Below are positions 20,605 to 31,230 of a stretch of 39,790 nt of DNA, piece after piece. Position numbers and translations under genes: made by a program. This DNA comes from Mycobacterium sp. (GTDB lineage Bacteria; Actinomycetota; Actinomycetes; Mycobacteriales; Mycobacteriaceae). The DNA is taken from contig NZ_DASRBZ010000340.1 in assembly GCF_035653355.1 (NCBI RefSeq), positions 1 to 39,790 on the forward strand, given 5' to 3'. The notes under the pieces are model-generated. The model did not search any database. It was not told the DNA's origin and worked only from the letters and a program-made list of their open reading frames with translations. Position 1 is the first letter of the stretch, and each line of letters opens with the position of its first letter.

Positions 20605-21726
20605 CTAGCCGCCAGCCTCGTCGCTACTCTCGCCGCGGCGGGCGCGAAACAGCTTTACTGCACCCTCGACGCCCTTGAGGTGGCGGCCGCCGGTGAACGA
20701 CCAGCTGAACCCTGCGCCGTCCCCCACCGCCTCCCGCACCGACTCGGCCGCCAGCACCGTGCCGGGCCGCGCCACGCCGGTCACCCGACTGGCCACGTTG
20801 ACTGGGCTGCCAAACCAGTCGCCGGCCCGGCTTACCGCGGGCCCTGCGGCAATGCCTGCCCGCAGCCGCGGAAATTCGTTGTCGGTGTCGGTGACTTCGA
20901 CCAGTTTGAGCACCGCGTCGAGCAGCGGTACGGGATCGGGGCTGACGAACATCACCGCGTCGCCGATCGTCTTGATGAACCGCACCGGTGGGACGGCGAC
21001 GTCCCGGGCAAGGCCGGTCAAGCGATCGGCCAGCTGCACCAGTTCCTCGGGTGGCACCGCCTCACCCAGGCGGGTGAACCCGACGAGATCCGCGAAAGCC
21101 ACGACGACTTCGCGTGCGCCCGGTAGCGGCGCCCCCGCGGCTCGTTCGCTGGCGCTGACGGCCTCGGTCTCCATCTGGTGGCGCAGATGCATGAAGAGCA
21201 TGTCGGTGATCCACGGGCCCAAAATGGGTGCGATCCTGCTCACCAGCGCATAGGAGCGCTTCGCGGTCTCCAGCTCGCTGAGCCCCGGTTCGAGGATGGC
21301 GGCCAGCGCGGTGTAGCGCATCACCTCGGCGGCGCGCGAAAGGCCGTCGGCGAGAACCCGTACCACCTGGACCAAGTGCTCGGGATCGAGGCCGACCTCG
21401 AGGAACCGTTGCGCATGGGCAGCGGCGATGCCGTCGGCCCGCATGTGCACGGCGGCGTCGGGATCGTCGATCCGGGCCAATCCGATAGCCCGCTGCACCC
21501 GTTGCAGCAGCTCCAGGTCGACGCCGGTTGATTCGCTGATCTCGCGCGCCGAAACATATGTGCCGTCGTCTCCTATCAGGCGACGCGAGGCCAGCAGCAT
21601 CGGCATGACCGCGCCACGAATTTCGTCGACGGTGATGCCTTGTTCGAGTAGCCATTCGATCAGCTCGGCGCGCTCGGTGCGCGTGTTGCCTTCCAGGCCA
21701 TCGAGCAGATCGTCCGGCATGTCCAC
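20605..21726 (-). CDS. Class III adenylyl cyclase with N-terminal regulatory domain (Rv1264 ortholog)
   Basis: [17 protein letters not shown] and [13 protein letters not shown] motifs; start GTG 21726 or ATG 21720. Confidence 0.93.
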   Translation of the reverse strand: MDMPDDLLDGLEGNTRTERAELIEWLLEQGITVDEIRGAVMPMLLASRRLIGDDGTYVSAREISESTGVDLELLQRVQRAIGLARIDDPDAAVHMRADGIAAAHAQRFLEVGLDPEHLVQVVRVLADGLSRAAEVMRYTALAAILEPGLSELETAKRSYALVSRIAPILGPWITDMLFMHLRHQMETEAVSASERAAGAPLPGAREVVVAFADLVGFTRLGEAVPPEELVQLADRLTGLARDVAVPPVRFIKTIGDAVMFVSPDPVPLLDAVLKLVEVTDTDNEFPRLRAGIAAGPAVSRAGDWFGSPVNVASRVTGVARPGTVLAAESVREAVGDGAGFSWSFTGGRHLKGVEGAVKLFRARRGESSDEAGG

Positions 21727-21763
21727 CTGGTCAACGTATAACGCCCGCAGCGCATGATGTGAG

Positions 21764-22261
21764 GTGATGACCACGCCGCTGCTCGAGGGATTGCCGCTGG
21801 TTGCCGCTCATGGCGCCCGGGTGCTGATCCTCGGCTCGTTCCCCAGCGCCCACTCGCTGGCCATGCGCCAGTACTACGCCAATCCGCGAAATGCGTTCTG
21901 GCGAATTACCGCTGAGCTGTTCGGCTTCGTTCCGGACGCCCCCTACGAAAACCGATTGGCCGCTTTGCAATCGCGCGGGGTGGCGCTGTGGGATGTGCTG
22001 CGCAGATGCCGCCGCTCCGGGAGTTCGGACGCCAAGATCGAGCCGAACAGCATGGTGGTCAACGACTTTGCCCAGCTGTTCGCGAACTACCCCACGATTA
22101 GCCGGGTGTACTTCAACGGCGAGAAGGCGACCACCGTGTTTGGCAGGCTGGTCCGGATCGACGCGTCGGTCAGCTATCACCGGCTGCCGTCGACCAGCCC
22201 GGCCAATGCGATCTCGCTTGACAGGAAACTGGCGGCATGGCAAGTGATTTCGCTGTCATGA
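21764..22261 (+). CDS. DNA-deoxyinosine (hypoxanthine) glycosylase, UDG family 6
   Basis: LILGSFPS...[11 protein letters not shown] and LPSTSPAN motifs. Confidence 0.85.
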   Translation: MMTTPLLEGLPLVAAHGARVLILGSFPSAHSLAMRQYYANPRNAFWRITAELFGFVPDAPYENRLAALQSRGVALWDVLRRCRRSGSSDAKIEPNSMVVNDFAQLFANYPTISRVYFNGEKATTVFGRLVRIDASVSYHRLPSTSPANAISLDRKLAAWQVISLS

Positions 22262-23647
22262 CACCGGCGGGCGCCGGTGCGCCCAGGGCCTGGCACTCTC
22301 GATCTGGGCGCTGAGCGCGAGCAATGTCGCCTCGTCGTCGGGCCGGCCAACCAGCTGAACACCGAAGGGCAGCCCGTCGCGGTCCAACGCCCACGGCACC
22401 GCAGCCACGGGCTGGCCGGTCAGGTTCCAGATTTCGAAAAACGGAACGTGGCGCGCTACTAGCAGCAGACTCGACACCGCACCGCGGCGTTGGTAGGCGC
22501 CGACGCGGGGTGGTCCGGTGGCGTTAGCCGGTGTCACCAGCACGTCGGCGTCGTCGAAGATGGATTGGATACGGGCGATCACCGGTGGGTCGCCGGCGCG
22601 CACGGCCGCCATCACCCGGTCGGAGATCAGCCGCCCGATGCGCGCCATGTTGCGGGTGCGAGCCTCCAGCCGCTCGGGATGAGGCAAGGTGTGGGCATCG
22701 TCGTAGATGCCACGGAAGTACCTCGGCAGGTAATGACCGGAGATCGCCGTCGCCGGGTAGTCGGGGTCACGGGCGATGACGTGGTGGCCGAGCTCACGGA
22801 GCAGCTCACCTGCCTGGCGAACTGCCTCCTTCTGCTCCTTGCCGCACTTGACCATCAACGGGGGTGGAACCTTGGTGGTCAAGGCGATTCGCAGCCGGCC
22901 CGGGTTTCGCGCGGCCGCGGCGACGAACCCGCCGTCGGGGCCGGGCTGTGTCGTCGTCGCATCGAGAAACACCGCCGCATCGGTCACTGAACGCGCGATT
23001 GGGCCGTTGACGCTCAGGCCGCACCACGCGTCGTCGTGTGGCGCCAGCGAGACCCGGCCGCGCTGGGTTTTGAGACCGAACAGACCGCACCACGTCGACG
23101 GGATGCGGATCGAGCCGCCGCCGTCGGAGCCCAGCGCCAGCGAGGCGAGTCCGGCGGCCACCGCAGCGCCGCTGCCGCCGCTGCTGCCGCCAGGCGTGCG
23201 GGAGAGGTCCCACGGATTGCGGGTGGCGCCGAAGCTCACCGACTCGGTGAAGGGCATCATCAGCAACTCGGGCACCGCGGTTTTGCCGATGATCACCGCG
23301 CCCGCGGCGCGCAGCGCGCGGACCACTTCGGCGTCTTGCGTTGCCGCTGGACCGTGGGCGCTGGTGCCGTAAGTGGTTGTCTGCCCGGCGATGTCGACGT
23401 CGTCTTTGATCGCGATCGGGACCCCTAGCAGCGGCAGTCGTTCACCGGCATCCAAGCGGCGTTGTGCGTCGGCGGCCTCCTGGCGTGCGGTGTCGGCCAA
23501 CACGACGCGGTAACACCGCAGCTGCGGGTCCAGCCGAGCGATGCGGTCCAGGTAGATCTCGAGCAGCTCAGCGGCGGTGACGGTGCCAGCGGCCAGCATC
23601 CGCGCCTGTTCGGCGGCGCCGGCGTAGGCCAGGTCCCGAGGGTCCAC
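22256..23647 (-). CDS. amiB2: Amidase signature enzyme (Rv1263 ortholog)
   Basis: IAIKD, GGSSGGS and GSDGGGSIRIP motifs (Ser-cisSer-Lys triad). Confidence 0.9.
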   Translation of the reverse strand: MDPRDLAYAGAAEQARMLAAGTVTAAELLEIYLDRIARLDPQLRCYRVVLADTARQEAADAQRRLDAGERLPLLGVPIAIKDDVDIAGQTTTYGTSAHGPAATQDAEVVRALRAAGAVIIGKTAVPELLMMPFTESVSFGATRNPWDLSRTPGGSSGGSGAAVAAGLASLALGSDGGGSIRIPSTWCGLFGLKTQRGRVSLAPHDDAWCGLSVNGPIARSVTDAAVFLDATTTQPGPDGGFVAAAARNPGRLRIALTTKVPPPLMVKCGKEQKEAVRQAGELLRELGHHVIARDPDYPATAISGHYLPRYFRGIYDDAHTLPHPERLEARTRNMARIGRLISDRVMAAVRAGDPPVIARIQSIFDDADVLVTPANATGPPRVGAYQRRGAVSSLLLVARHVPFFEIWNLTGQPVAAVPWALDRDGLPFGVQLVGRPDDEATLLALSAQIESARPWAHRRPPVS

Positions 23648-23685
23648 CGCGGCAGCGTATCGTGCCGTCCGGGCAGACTACTGGC

Positions 23686-24846
23686 ATGACCGACACGGTG
23701 TTCGATGCATTGAGCGAAGAGCAGCTTCGCCGACGGAAGACCATCAAATGGACCTACTTCGAGCCCGACGTGTTGCCGCTGTGGATCGCCGAGATGGATT
23801 TCCCCACCGCACCGGCCGTGCTCGACGCCGCGCGCGCGTGCGTCGATAACCAGGAATTCGGCTATCCACCGGTCGAAGATGACCTCGCGACGGCGACCGC
23901 CGACTGGTGCCAGCGCCGCTACGGCTGGCGCGTCCAGCCCGGCTGGGTCCGCGTCGTTCCCGACGTGCTCAAGGGCATGGAGGTCGTCATCAACTTCCTG
24001 ACCCGCCCGGAGAGCCCCGTCGTCTTGCCCGTGCCGGCCTACATGCCGTTCTTTGACGTGCTGCGGGTCACCGGTCGGCAACGCGTGGAAATCCCGATGC
24101 TGCAAGATGTTTCGGGCCGATACGTCATGGACTTGGAAGCGCTCGACGCGGCCTTTGCCGGCGGTGCCGGATCGCTGATTCTGTGCAACCCGAACAACCC
24201 GCTCGGCACGGCGTTCACCGCGGACGAGATGCGCGCCATCGTCGACGTCGCAGAAAGACACGGCGGACGGGTGATCGCCGACGAAATCCATGCGCCTCTG
24301 ATCTACGCCCGGCCCCACGTCGCAGCCGCCTCCGTTTCCGACACGGCCGCCGAAACGGTGATCACGCTGATGTCGGCGTCCAAAGGCTGGAACCTGCCCG
24401 GCTTGATGTGTGCCCAAGTGATCCTGTCCAACCGCCGCGACATCGACGAGTGGGACCGGATCAACATGCTGCACAAAATGGGCGCGTCCACGGTCGGTAT
24501 CCGCGCCAACATCGCGGCCTACCAGCACGGCGCCGCGTGGCTGGACGAGCTGCTCCCCTACCTGAAGGCCAACCGCGACCACGTCGCCCGGACCCTGCCC
24601 GAGGTGGTCCCTGGACTGAAGATCAACCGGCCGGAGGCCACCTACATGTCGTGGGTCGATTTCCGCGCGCTGAACCTGCCGGCCGAACCGGCGGATTACT
24701 TGGTGTCCAAAGCCAAGGTCGCGTTGAGCCCGGGCATCCCGTTCGGCGCCACGGTAAGCGCAGGGTTTGCGCGGCTGAACTTCGGCACCACCCGCGCGAT
24801 CCTCGACCGCGCGATCGAGGCGATAGCTGCCGCGGTGCCGACCTGA
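23686..24846 (+). CDS. MalY/PatB-family PLP-dependent C-S lyase
   Basis: LPLWIAEMDF, LCNPNNPLG, ADEIH and SASKGWN (PLP lysine) motifs. Confidence 0.9.
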   Translation: MTDTVFDALSEEQLRRRKTIKWTYFEPDVLPLWIAEMDFPTAPAVLDAARACVDNQEFGYPPVEDDLATATADWCQRRYGWRVQPGWVRVVPDVLKGMEVVINFLTRPESPVVLPVPAYMPFFDVLRVTGRQRVEIPMLQDVSGRYVMDLEALDAAFAGGAGSLILCNPNNPLGTAFTADEMRAIVDVAERHGGRVIADEIHAPLIYARPHVAAASVSDTAAETVITLMSASKGWNLPGLMCAQVILSNRRDIDEWDRINMLHKMGASTVGIRANIAAYQHGAAWLDELLPYLKANRDHVARTLPEVVPGLKINRPEATYMSWVDFRALNLPAEPADYLVSKAKVALSPGIPFGATVSAGFARLNFGTTRAILDRAIEAIAAAVPT

Positions 24847-24870
24847 TGGCCAACCCAGTACCGTAGCCGC

Positions 24871-25299
24871 ATGTCCTGCGTGTTCTGTGAGGTCGTCGCC
24901 GGGGAGGCTCCGGGGATCAAGATCTACGAAGACGACGACTATCTCGCCATCCTCGACATCCGTCCGTTCACTCGCGGCCACACCCTGGTGGTGCCCAAGC
25001 GGCACACCACCGACCTGACCGATACGCCGCCGGAAACCTTGGCGGGACTGGTCACCATCGGCCAGCGGATAGCGCGCGCCGCGCGGGCGACCGAACTGGC
25101 CGACGCCACCCATCTCGCGGTCAACGATGGTCCGGCCGCCTTCCAGACGGTGGCACATCTTCATCTGCACGTGGTGCCGCGGCGCGAGGGCGACAAGCTG
25201 TCGTTCGCCAAAGGCGTACTGCTCCGCCGCGACCCCGACCGGGAAGCCACCGCACAGATCCTGCGCGAGGCGCTGGCGCGGATCGACGCCGGCCAGTAA
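24871..25299 (+). CDS. HIT-family hydrolase (Rv1262c ortholog)
   Basis: CVFC, GHTLVVPK and HLHLHVVPR histidine triad. Confidence 0.93.
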   Translation: MSCVFCEVVAGEAPGIKIYEDDDYLAILDIRPFTRGHTLVVPKRHTTDLTDTPPETLAGLVTIGQRIARAARATELADATHLAVNDGPAAFQTVAHLHLHVVPRREGDKLSFAKGVLLRRDPDREATAQILREALARIDAGQ

Positions 25300-25308
25300 G
25301 ACTGGGCC

Positions 25309-25767
25309 ATGACCAATCTTTCGCCGATCGAGCAGGTCGGCGCACAGCTGCTGCGGATCCACGACTTCATCTACCAAAAGAGCAACGGCCGGATCGGCCA
25401 CCGGATACCAGGGGCGCCGCCGAGCCTGCTGCTGCACACAACCGGCGCCAAGACCGGGCAGCCACGCACCACCTCGTTGACGTATGCGCGTGACGGCGAC
25501 TCTTATCTGATCGTCGCCTCCAACGGCGGAGCACCGCGCTACCCGGGCTGGTACCACAACCTGCGTAAGCGTCCCGAGTGCGAAATCAATGTAGGCCCAA
25601 AGCGATTCGCTGTTACCGCGAAGCAGGTCAATCCCGACGACGCCGACTATTTGCGACTGTGGCAGATCGTCAACAAGAACAACGCCAACCGCTACACCGC
25701 TTACCAGCGCAAGACATCGCGGCCGATCCCGGTGTTCGTGTTGACGCCGCGCGACAAGGCTGCCTAG
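25309..25767 (+). CDS. F420-dependent nitroreductase/FDOR-A family protein (Rv1261c ortholog)
   Basis: LLHTTGAKTGQPR, VASNGG..PGWYHNL and YQRKTSRPIPV motifs. Confidence 0.9.
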   Translation: MTNLSPIEQVGAQLLRIHDFIYQKSNGRIGHRIPGAPPSLLLHTTGAKTGQPRTTSLTYARDGDSYLIVASNGGAPRYPGWYHNLRKRPECEINVGPKRFAVTAKQVNPDDADYLRLWQIVNKNNANRYTAYQRKTSRPIPVFVLTPRDKAA

Positions 25768-26801
25768 AACAGCTCTTTCGCCAGCAATTCCAGGGTCTTT
25801 TCCCGGCCCGGCGCGGTCGCCGGGTCGGTGCCGCGGTGCGCCGAGGCGACCGGGTTGACCATCACCTCGTCGACGCCGAACCGGTCGGTGAGCGCACGCA
25901 GCTGGTCGGCTGCCTCGGCGGGGGCGCCTACGACGGCACGTTTAAGCCCGCTGCCGACGATGCGCTGCTGTTCGGGTGTGAGCTCGGCAGTTTGGGCGTC
26001 TTCGACCAGCTGCAGCGGTCCGAGCGGCTGCCCCGTACGCATGCGGGCCAGCATGTGCAGGTTGGGCAGCATCAAAGCTATTGCGTCCTCGCGGGTTTCG
26101 GCCACCGCGGCGTTCACCGTCAGAAATGTCGTCGGTTCGGCGGCTAGCTTGCTGGGCTTGAATTTCGAGCGGTAGACCGCGAGCGCTTCTTCGGTTCCCT
26201 TGCCGGAGAAGTGGTGGGCGAAGACGTAGGGCAGCCCCTTGGCCGCGGCCAGGTGCGCCGAATACATCGACGACCCGAGCAGCCACAGCCGCGGTTCGCT
26301 GACCGCGGCCGGGGTGGCCTTGAGGATGTAGTCGTGATTGCGGATCGGCACCCGCACGCCGCGCGCGCTCATCAACGCAACGACGTCGTCGAGGTAATCG
26401 GGGAAGTTCTCGATGTCGCGATCGTCGCGGCCGGCCGGACCCCGCAGCGCCAGCGACGTCACCGGATCGGAGCCGGGCGCGCGACCGATACCGAGATCGA
26501 TGCGGCCCGGCGCGGCGGCTTCCAGCAGCGCGAACTGTTCGGCCACCGCGAGCGGCGCGTGGTTGGGCAGCATCACCCCGCCCGAGCCCAGCCGCAGCTG
26601 CGTGGTCTGCGCGGCCAGATATGCGATCAACACCGGCGGGCTGGTCGCGGCGATGGAGGGCATGTTGTGGTGTTCGGCGACCCAGTAGCGGGTGTAGCCC
26701 AGCCGGTCCGCGGTCTGAGCCAGCCGCACCGTAGCGGCCAGCGCATCCGACGTCGACTGGTCGGTGCGCACGGGGACAAGATCGAGAACGGACAGTCGCA
26801 C
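25764..26801 (-). CDS. LLM-class (luciferase-like) flavin-dependent oxidoreductase
   Basis: RLSVLDLVP, RYWVAEHHN and GSGGVMLPNH motifs. Start is GTG 26801, or ATG 26825 overlapping the udgB stop. Confidence 0.9.
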   Translation of the reverse strand: MRLSVLDLVPVRTDQSTSDALAATVRLAQTADRLGYTRYWVAEHHNMPSIAATSPPVLIAYLAAQTTQLRLGSGGVMLPNHAPLAVAEQFALLEAAAPGRIDLGIGRAPGSDPVTSLALRGPAGRDDRDIENFPDYLDDVVALMSARGVRVPIRNHDYILKATPAAVSEPRLWLLGSSMYSAHLAAAKGLPYVFAHHFSGKGTEEALAVYRSKFKPSKLAAEPTTFLTVNAAVAETREDAIALMLPNLHMLARMRTGQPLGPLQLVEDAQTAELTPEQQRIVGSGLKRAVVGAPAEAADQLRALTDRFGVDEVMVNPVASAHRGTDPATAPGREKTLELLAKELF

Positions 26802-26821
26802 GACCTTGTCAACGCCGCCGG

Positions 26822-27676
26822 TCATTGGGATAGTCCTGCGATCGTCGCCGCCCGGCCGAAGACGTCGTCGAGCATCGCCGGCGTCAACTTGCCGGTGAAC
26901 GTGTTCTGCTGGCTGGGGTGGTAACAACCCAGCAGCACCACCTCGCACCCGCCCGCGCGCAGTGTGGCCTGTGCGCCGTGGCCGAATTGCGGCGACGGTC
27001 GGCTGACCTCCCCGCCAGCGGTGCGCACCATCCGCAGCGCCGCGCGCCATCCAAAACCGCCCAGCGCCACGATCACCCGCACGTCGCCTTCGGCGAGCCG
27101 CCATTCGGCATCCAGCCACGGGGCGCAATTTGCCCGCTCGACGGGCGTCGGCGCGTTGTCCGGCGGTGCGCACCGCACCGCGGCCACCACCCGGGTGGCA
27201 TTGAGCTCCAGGCCGTCGGCGGCGTCGACGCTGATCGGCGAGTTGGCCAGACCGGCCCGGTGCAACGCGGCGAACAACACGTCGCCCGAGCGGTCGCCGG
27301 TGAACACCCGCCCGGTGCGGTTGCCGCCGTGCGCCGCCGGCGCCAACCCGACCACCAACACCCGCGGGCGTTCTGCACCCCAGCCCGGAATCGGCCTGCC
27401 CCAATAGGGTTCGGCGGCGAACGACCGTCGCTTGGTGATAGCGACGTGCTCGCGCCATTCCACCAAGCGTGGGCACGCCCGGCACACCGACACCACTGCG
27501 TCAAGCTCCGCCACTGTGTGGACGGCCTCGGCTATAGACACCACCTGCGCCGGTGTCGATGCCACCGCGGTCTGGGATGTCGCCGGATCGCCGGGCCATC
27601 CAGTTCCGGGAGGTACCGGAGAGTCGAACAGTGCGGCGGTACGGGGATGGGCGAGGCTCACCGGTCTACTGTGCAC
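26822..27676 (-). CDS. udgB: Family-5 uracil-DNA glycosylase UdgB (Rv1259 ortholog)
   Basis: Fe-S cysteines [23 protein letters not shown] and HPSQQN motifs; start is uncertain. Confidence 0.92.
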   Translation of the reverse strand: MHSRPVSLAHPRTAALFDSPVPPGTGWPGDPATSQTAVASTPAQVVSIAEAVHTVAELDAVVSVCRACPRLVEWREHVAITKRRSFAAEPYWGRPIPGWGAERPRVLVVGLAPAAHGGNRTGRVFTGDRSGDVLFAALHRAGLANSPISVDAADGLELNATRVVAAVRCAPPDNAPTPVERANCAPWLDAEWRLAEGDVRVIVALGGFGWRAALRMVRTAGGEVSRPSPQFGHGAQATLRAGGCEVVLLGCYHPSQQNTFTGKLTPAMLDDVFGRAATIAGLSQ

Positions 27677-27693
27677 GGCTGGGCACATCCGGC

Positions 27694-27732
27694 AAAAATC
27701 GCTCGCCGCCGTTGTGGGTGCGCTGCTAGATT
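27694..27732 (+). promoter_or_regulatory. Putative WhiB7-dependent promoter of tap
   Basis: AAAAAT (27694-99), then 3 nt, -35-like TCGCCG (27703-08), 18-nt spacer, -10 TAGATT (27727-32). Confidence 0.55.
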
Positions 27733-27742
27733 CCCCACTCTC

Positions 27743-28990
27743 ATGCCCACCTCGTCGCGCCGACCGGCCTACCTCATCTTGTTCGCGGCACTGGCCGCCG
27801 CGGCGGGCAACGGCATCTCGCTGGTGGCTTTTCCCTGGCTGGTGTTGCAGCGTAACGGCAGCGCGGTCGACGCGTCGATCGTGGCCGGGGCAGCGTCGCT
27901 GCCACTGCTGTTTTCCACGCTGATCGCCGGCACTGCGGTGGATTACCTTGGCCGACAGCGCATTTCGATCCTCTCCGACGTGCTGTCGGGCAGCACGGTG
28001 GCTGCGGTGCCGGTACTGGCGATCACCGTGGGCCAGCGGAACATCACTGTCGGGATCCTCGCGGTGCTGGCCGCACTGGGTGCACTGTTCGATCCCGCAG
28101 GCATCACCGCGCGCGAATCGATGCTGCCCGAAGCAGCCGCGCAGGCCGGGTGGACGCTGGACCGCACCAACGGCCTTTACGAGGCGATCTTCAACGTTGC
28201 CTACATCGTCGGCCCCGGGCTCGGTGGCGCGCTGATCGCAACCATTGGCGGGGTCAACACGATGTGGGTGGCGGCCGGGGCGTTCGGCGTATCGATTGCG
28301 GCGATCAGCGTGCTGCGGCTGGCCGGTGCCGGACCACCGCCGGTTGGTGAACGCCCCGGCAGTCCATGGTCGGGGATGGTCGATGGATTGCGGTTCGTGT
28401 GGAACGTCAAAGTGTTACGCACGCTGGCGCTGATCGACTTGGCGATGACCGGACTGTATTTGCCGATGGAAAGCGTACTGTTTCCGAAGTACTTCACCGA
28501 CCGCAAGGAGCCCGCGCACCTGGGCTGGGTGCTGATGGCGCTGAGCATCGGTGGGTTGGCCGGCGCCTTGGCGTATCCGGTCGTGGTCCGGTGGCTAAGT
28601 CGACGCACCACGCTGCTGGCCGCGACGTTGACGCTCGGCGTGTGCACCGCGTTGATCGCGATGTTGCCCCCGCTGGCTGTGATCTTGGTGCTGTGCGCGC
28701 TGATCGGCCTGGTCTACGGGCCGATCGCGCCGATCTACAACTACGTGATGCAGACGCGGTCGCCGCCGCAGTTACGGGGCCGCGTCTTCGGTGTGATGAC
28801 GTCGCTGGCGTATGCGGCCGGGCCGTTGGGTTTCATGCTGGCAGGACCGCTGACCGACGCCGCAGGGTTGCGGACGACGTTTTTGGTGCTGGCCATTCCG
28901 ATGACCGTGATCGGGCTGGTGTCGCTGCCGCTGCCGTCGCTGCGTGAGCTCGATCGCTTGGCGGAGCTGGCCGTCGATCCGAAACCGTAG
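27743..28990 (+). CDS. tap: MFS multidrug efflux pump Tap (Rv1258c ortholog)
   Basis: About 12 hydrophobic segments; [19 protein letters not shown] and [14 protein letters not shown] motifs; divergent from udgB as in M. tuberculosis. Confidence 0.88.
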   Translation: MPTSSRRPAYLILFAALAAAAGNGISLVAFPWLVLQRNGSAVDASIVAGAASLPLLFSTLIAGTAVDYLGRQRISILSDVLSGSTVAAVPVLAITVGQRNITVGILAVLAALGALFDPAGITARESMLPEAAAQAGWTLDRTNGLYEAIFNVAYIVGPGLGGALIATIGGVNTMWVAAGAFGVSIAAISVLRLAGAGPPPVGERPGSPWSGMVDGLRFVWNVKVLRTLALIDLAMTGLYLPMESVLFPKYFTDRKEPAHLGWVLMALSIGGLAGALAYPVVVRWLSRRTTLLAATLTLGVCTALIAMLPPLAVILVLCALIGLVYGPIAPIYNYVMQTRSPPQLRGRVFGVMTSLAYAAGPLGFMLAGPLTDAAGLRTTFLVLAIPMTVIGLVSLPLPSLRELDRLAELAVDPKP

Positions 28991-28999
28991 GATCGGTCC

Positions 29000-30367
29000 G
29001 TGGGCGCGGATGTGTTAGCCAGCCTGATCGCCGAGTTGCCGGACGGCATGGTCGTCACGGACCCGGCGGTCACCGAGGGCTACCGGCAAGACCGCGCGTT
29101 CGACCCGTCGGCGGGAAAGCCGATGGCGGTGGTGCGGCCACGGCGCACCGCAGAGGTGCAGACCGTCATGCGCTGGGCCACTGAGCACCGGGTGCCGGTG
29201 GTGCCGCGCGGCGCGGGCACCGGTCTTTCGGGTGGGGCCACCGCCGTGGATGACGGAATCGTGCTGTCGACGGAGAAGATGCGTGACATCGTCGTCGACC
29301 CGGTCACCCGCACCGCAGTATGCCAGCCCGGGCTGCTCAACGCTGAAGTGAAGAAGACCGTCGCCGAATACGGGCTGTGGTATCCGCCGGACCCGTCGTC
29401 GTACGAGATCTGCAGCATCGGCGGCAACATCGCCACCAACGCCGGCGGGCTGTGCTGCGTCAAATACGGAGTCACCACCGACTATGTGCTCGGTGTGCAG
29501 GTGGTTTTGGCGGACGGCACCGCGGTACGGCTCGGTGGGCCCCGGCTGAAGGACGTCGCCGGGCTGTCGCTGACCAAGCTGTTCGTCGGGAGCGAGGGCA
29601 CGCTCGGCATCATCACCGAGGTGACGCTGCGCCTGGTGCCGCCGCAGCAACCGGCGTGCACGGTGGTTGCCAACTTCGCGTCCGTGGAGGCCGCCGCCGA
29701 GGCGGTGCTGGCGGTAAGTGCGCGGCTTCGCCCGGCGATGCTGGAGTTCATGGATTCGGTGGCCATCAACGCGGTGGAGGACAAGCTGCGCATGGGGCTA
29801 GATCGCGACGCCGCCGCGATGTTGCTGGCCTGCTCCGACGAACGGGGCCACGGGGGCCGTGAGGACGCGGAGTTCATGGCTGGGGTGTTTACCGAATACG
29901 GTGCGACCGAAGTCTTTTCGACAGACGACCCCGAGGAGGGCGAGGCGTTTGTCGCGGCGCGCCGGTTCGCGATCCCCGCGGTAGAGGCGAAGGGACCGCT
30001 GCTGCTCGAAGACGTCGGTGTGCCACTGCCCGCGCTGGCCGACCTGGTGAGCGGTATCGCCGCGATCGCCGCCGAGCGTCAGCTGATGATTTCACTGATC
30101 GCGCACGCCGGCGACGGCAACACGCATCCGTTGATCGTCCACGACCCGACCGATGCGGCGGTGACCGAACGAGCACAGCTGGCCTACGGCGAGATCATGG
30201 ACTTGGCGTTGCACCTGGGCGGCACGATCACCGGCGAACACGGCGTCGGGCGGTTGAAGCGGCCGTGGCTTGCCGACCAGCTGGGGCCGGACGCGATGGC
30301 GCTGAATCGCCGGATCAAAGAAGCGCTGGATCCGCTGGGCATCCTGAACCCGGGCTCAGGAATCTGA
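29000..30367 (+). CDS. FAD-linked oxidase, GlcD/D-lactate dehydrogenase family (Rv1257c ortholog)
   Basis: PRGAGTGLSGG, GSEGTLG, HAGDGNTH and GEHGVG motifs. Confidence 0.93.
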   Translation: MGADVLASLIAELPDGMVVTDPAVTEGYRQDRAFDPSAGKPMAVVRPRRTAEVQTVMRWATEHRVPVVPRGAGTGLSGGATAVDDGIVLSTEKMRDIVVDPVTRTAVCQPGLLNAEVKKTVAEYGLWYPPDPSSYEICSIGGNIATNAGGLCCVKYGVTTDYVLGVQVVLADGTAVRLGGPRLKDVAGLSLTKLFVGSEGTLGIITEVTLRLVPPQQPACTVVANFASVEAAAEAVLAVSARLRPAMLEFMDSVAINAVEDKLRMGLDRDAAAMLLACSDERGHGGREDAEFMAGVFTEYGATEVFSTDDPEEGEAFVAARRFAIPAVEAKGPLLLEDVGVPLPALADLVSGIAAIAAERQLMISLIAHAGDGNTHPLIVHDPTDAAVTERAQLAYGEIMDLALHLGGTITGEHGVGRLKRPWLADQLGPDAMALNRRIKEALDPLGILNPGSGI

Positions 30368-30416
30368 ACAGTGCAAACGGTTCTTTTGGCTGCGCTGCAG
30401 CAATTAACGTGGTCAT

Positions 30417-31226
30417 GTGACTGACACAGCGCTGCCAGTGGAGTTGCGCGAACGCGACCCGCGGTTCATTCGTACGATGCTGCCGACTCTGTGGCTCATG
30501 GCGAGCGTCTGGTTTCGCGCCGAGGTCGACGGCTTCGAGAATGTTCCGGACGAGCCGGTGCTGTTCGTCGGCAATCACAGCGGCGGCGGCGCGACGCCCG
30601 ACACCGCTATCTTCCTGCTTGCCTATAACACATACTTCACGGTCGAGGGCCGACCGCTGTACGCCTTGGCGCATGACATCCTCACCAGGACGCCAGGCTT
30701 TGGTCCGCTGATGCGCAAGCTTGGAGTCGTTCCCGCCCACCATTCCTGCGCCGAAAAAGTTTTCACCAGCGGCGGTTCGGCCCTGGTCTACCCTGGCGGC
30801 GACGTCGAGGCGCTGCGGCCTTGGCGTGACCGCAACAGAATTGTGTTCTCCGGCCGAAAGGGCTTCCTGCAGCTCGCGCACCGATGCAACGTCAAGATCG
30901 TGCCGGTCGTGGCCACCGGCGGTCACGACACCTTCTTTGTTCTCAACGACGGCCAGCGCACCGCCAAGGCGCTGCGATTGGACAGAGTGACGCGTGTCAA
31001 AACCCTACCCGTGACTCTCAGCATCCCGTGGGGGCTGTCACCTGTTCCACTGCCGTTTGTTCCGCTGCCGGCAAAGATCCGGGTGCAGGTGCTCGAACCG
31101 ATCGACCTGCGCGCTCGATTCGGCCAGGAGCCGGACTGGGATCACGCCTACGACTACTTCACCAGCGTCATGCAAGTTGGACTGTCACGGTTGGCCAGTA
31201 AAACGGTTGTTCCGATGATCAGGTAA
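30417..31226 (+). CDS. Lysophospholipid/diacylglycerol acyltransferase (PlsC-like)
   Basis: FVGNHSGG..PD, LVYPGG and GRKGF motifs. Confidence 0.85.
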   Translation: MTDTALPVELRERDPRFIRTMLPTLWLMASVWFRAEVDGFENVPDEPVLFVGNHSGGGATPDTAIFLLAYNTYFTVEGRPLYALAHDILTRTPGFGPLMRKLGVVPAHHSCAEKVFTSGGSALVYPGGDVEALRPWRDRNRIVFSGRKGFLQLAHRCNVKIVPVVATGGHDTFFVLNDGQRTAKALRLDRVTRVKTLPVTLSIPWGLSPVPLPFVPLPAKIRVQVLEPIDLRARFGQEPDWDHAYDYFTSVMQVGLSRLASKTVVPMIR

Positions 31227-31230
31227 GGCG

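Noticed and set aside
23425-25557. 710-aa minus-strand ORF
   Set aside because: It is the antisense shadow of the patB, HIT and nitroreductase genes, has no motifs, and is typical of high-GC DNA.
25764-28990. Apparent long N-terminal extensions of the LLM oxidoreductase (573 aa) and Tap (690 aa) ORFs
   Set aside because: The extensions overlap udgB and are low-complexity Arg/Gly/Pro-rich; family-typical starts lie at 26801 and 27743.
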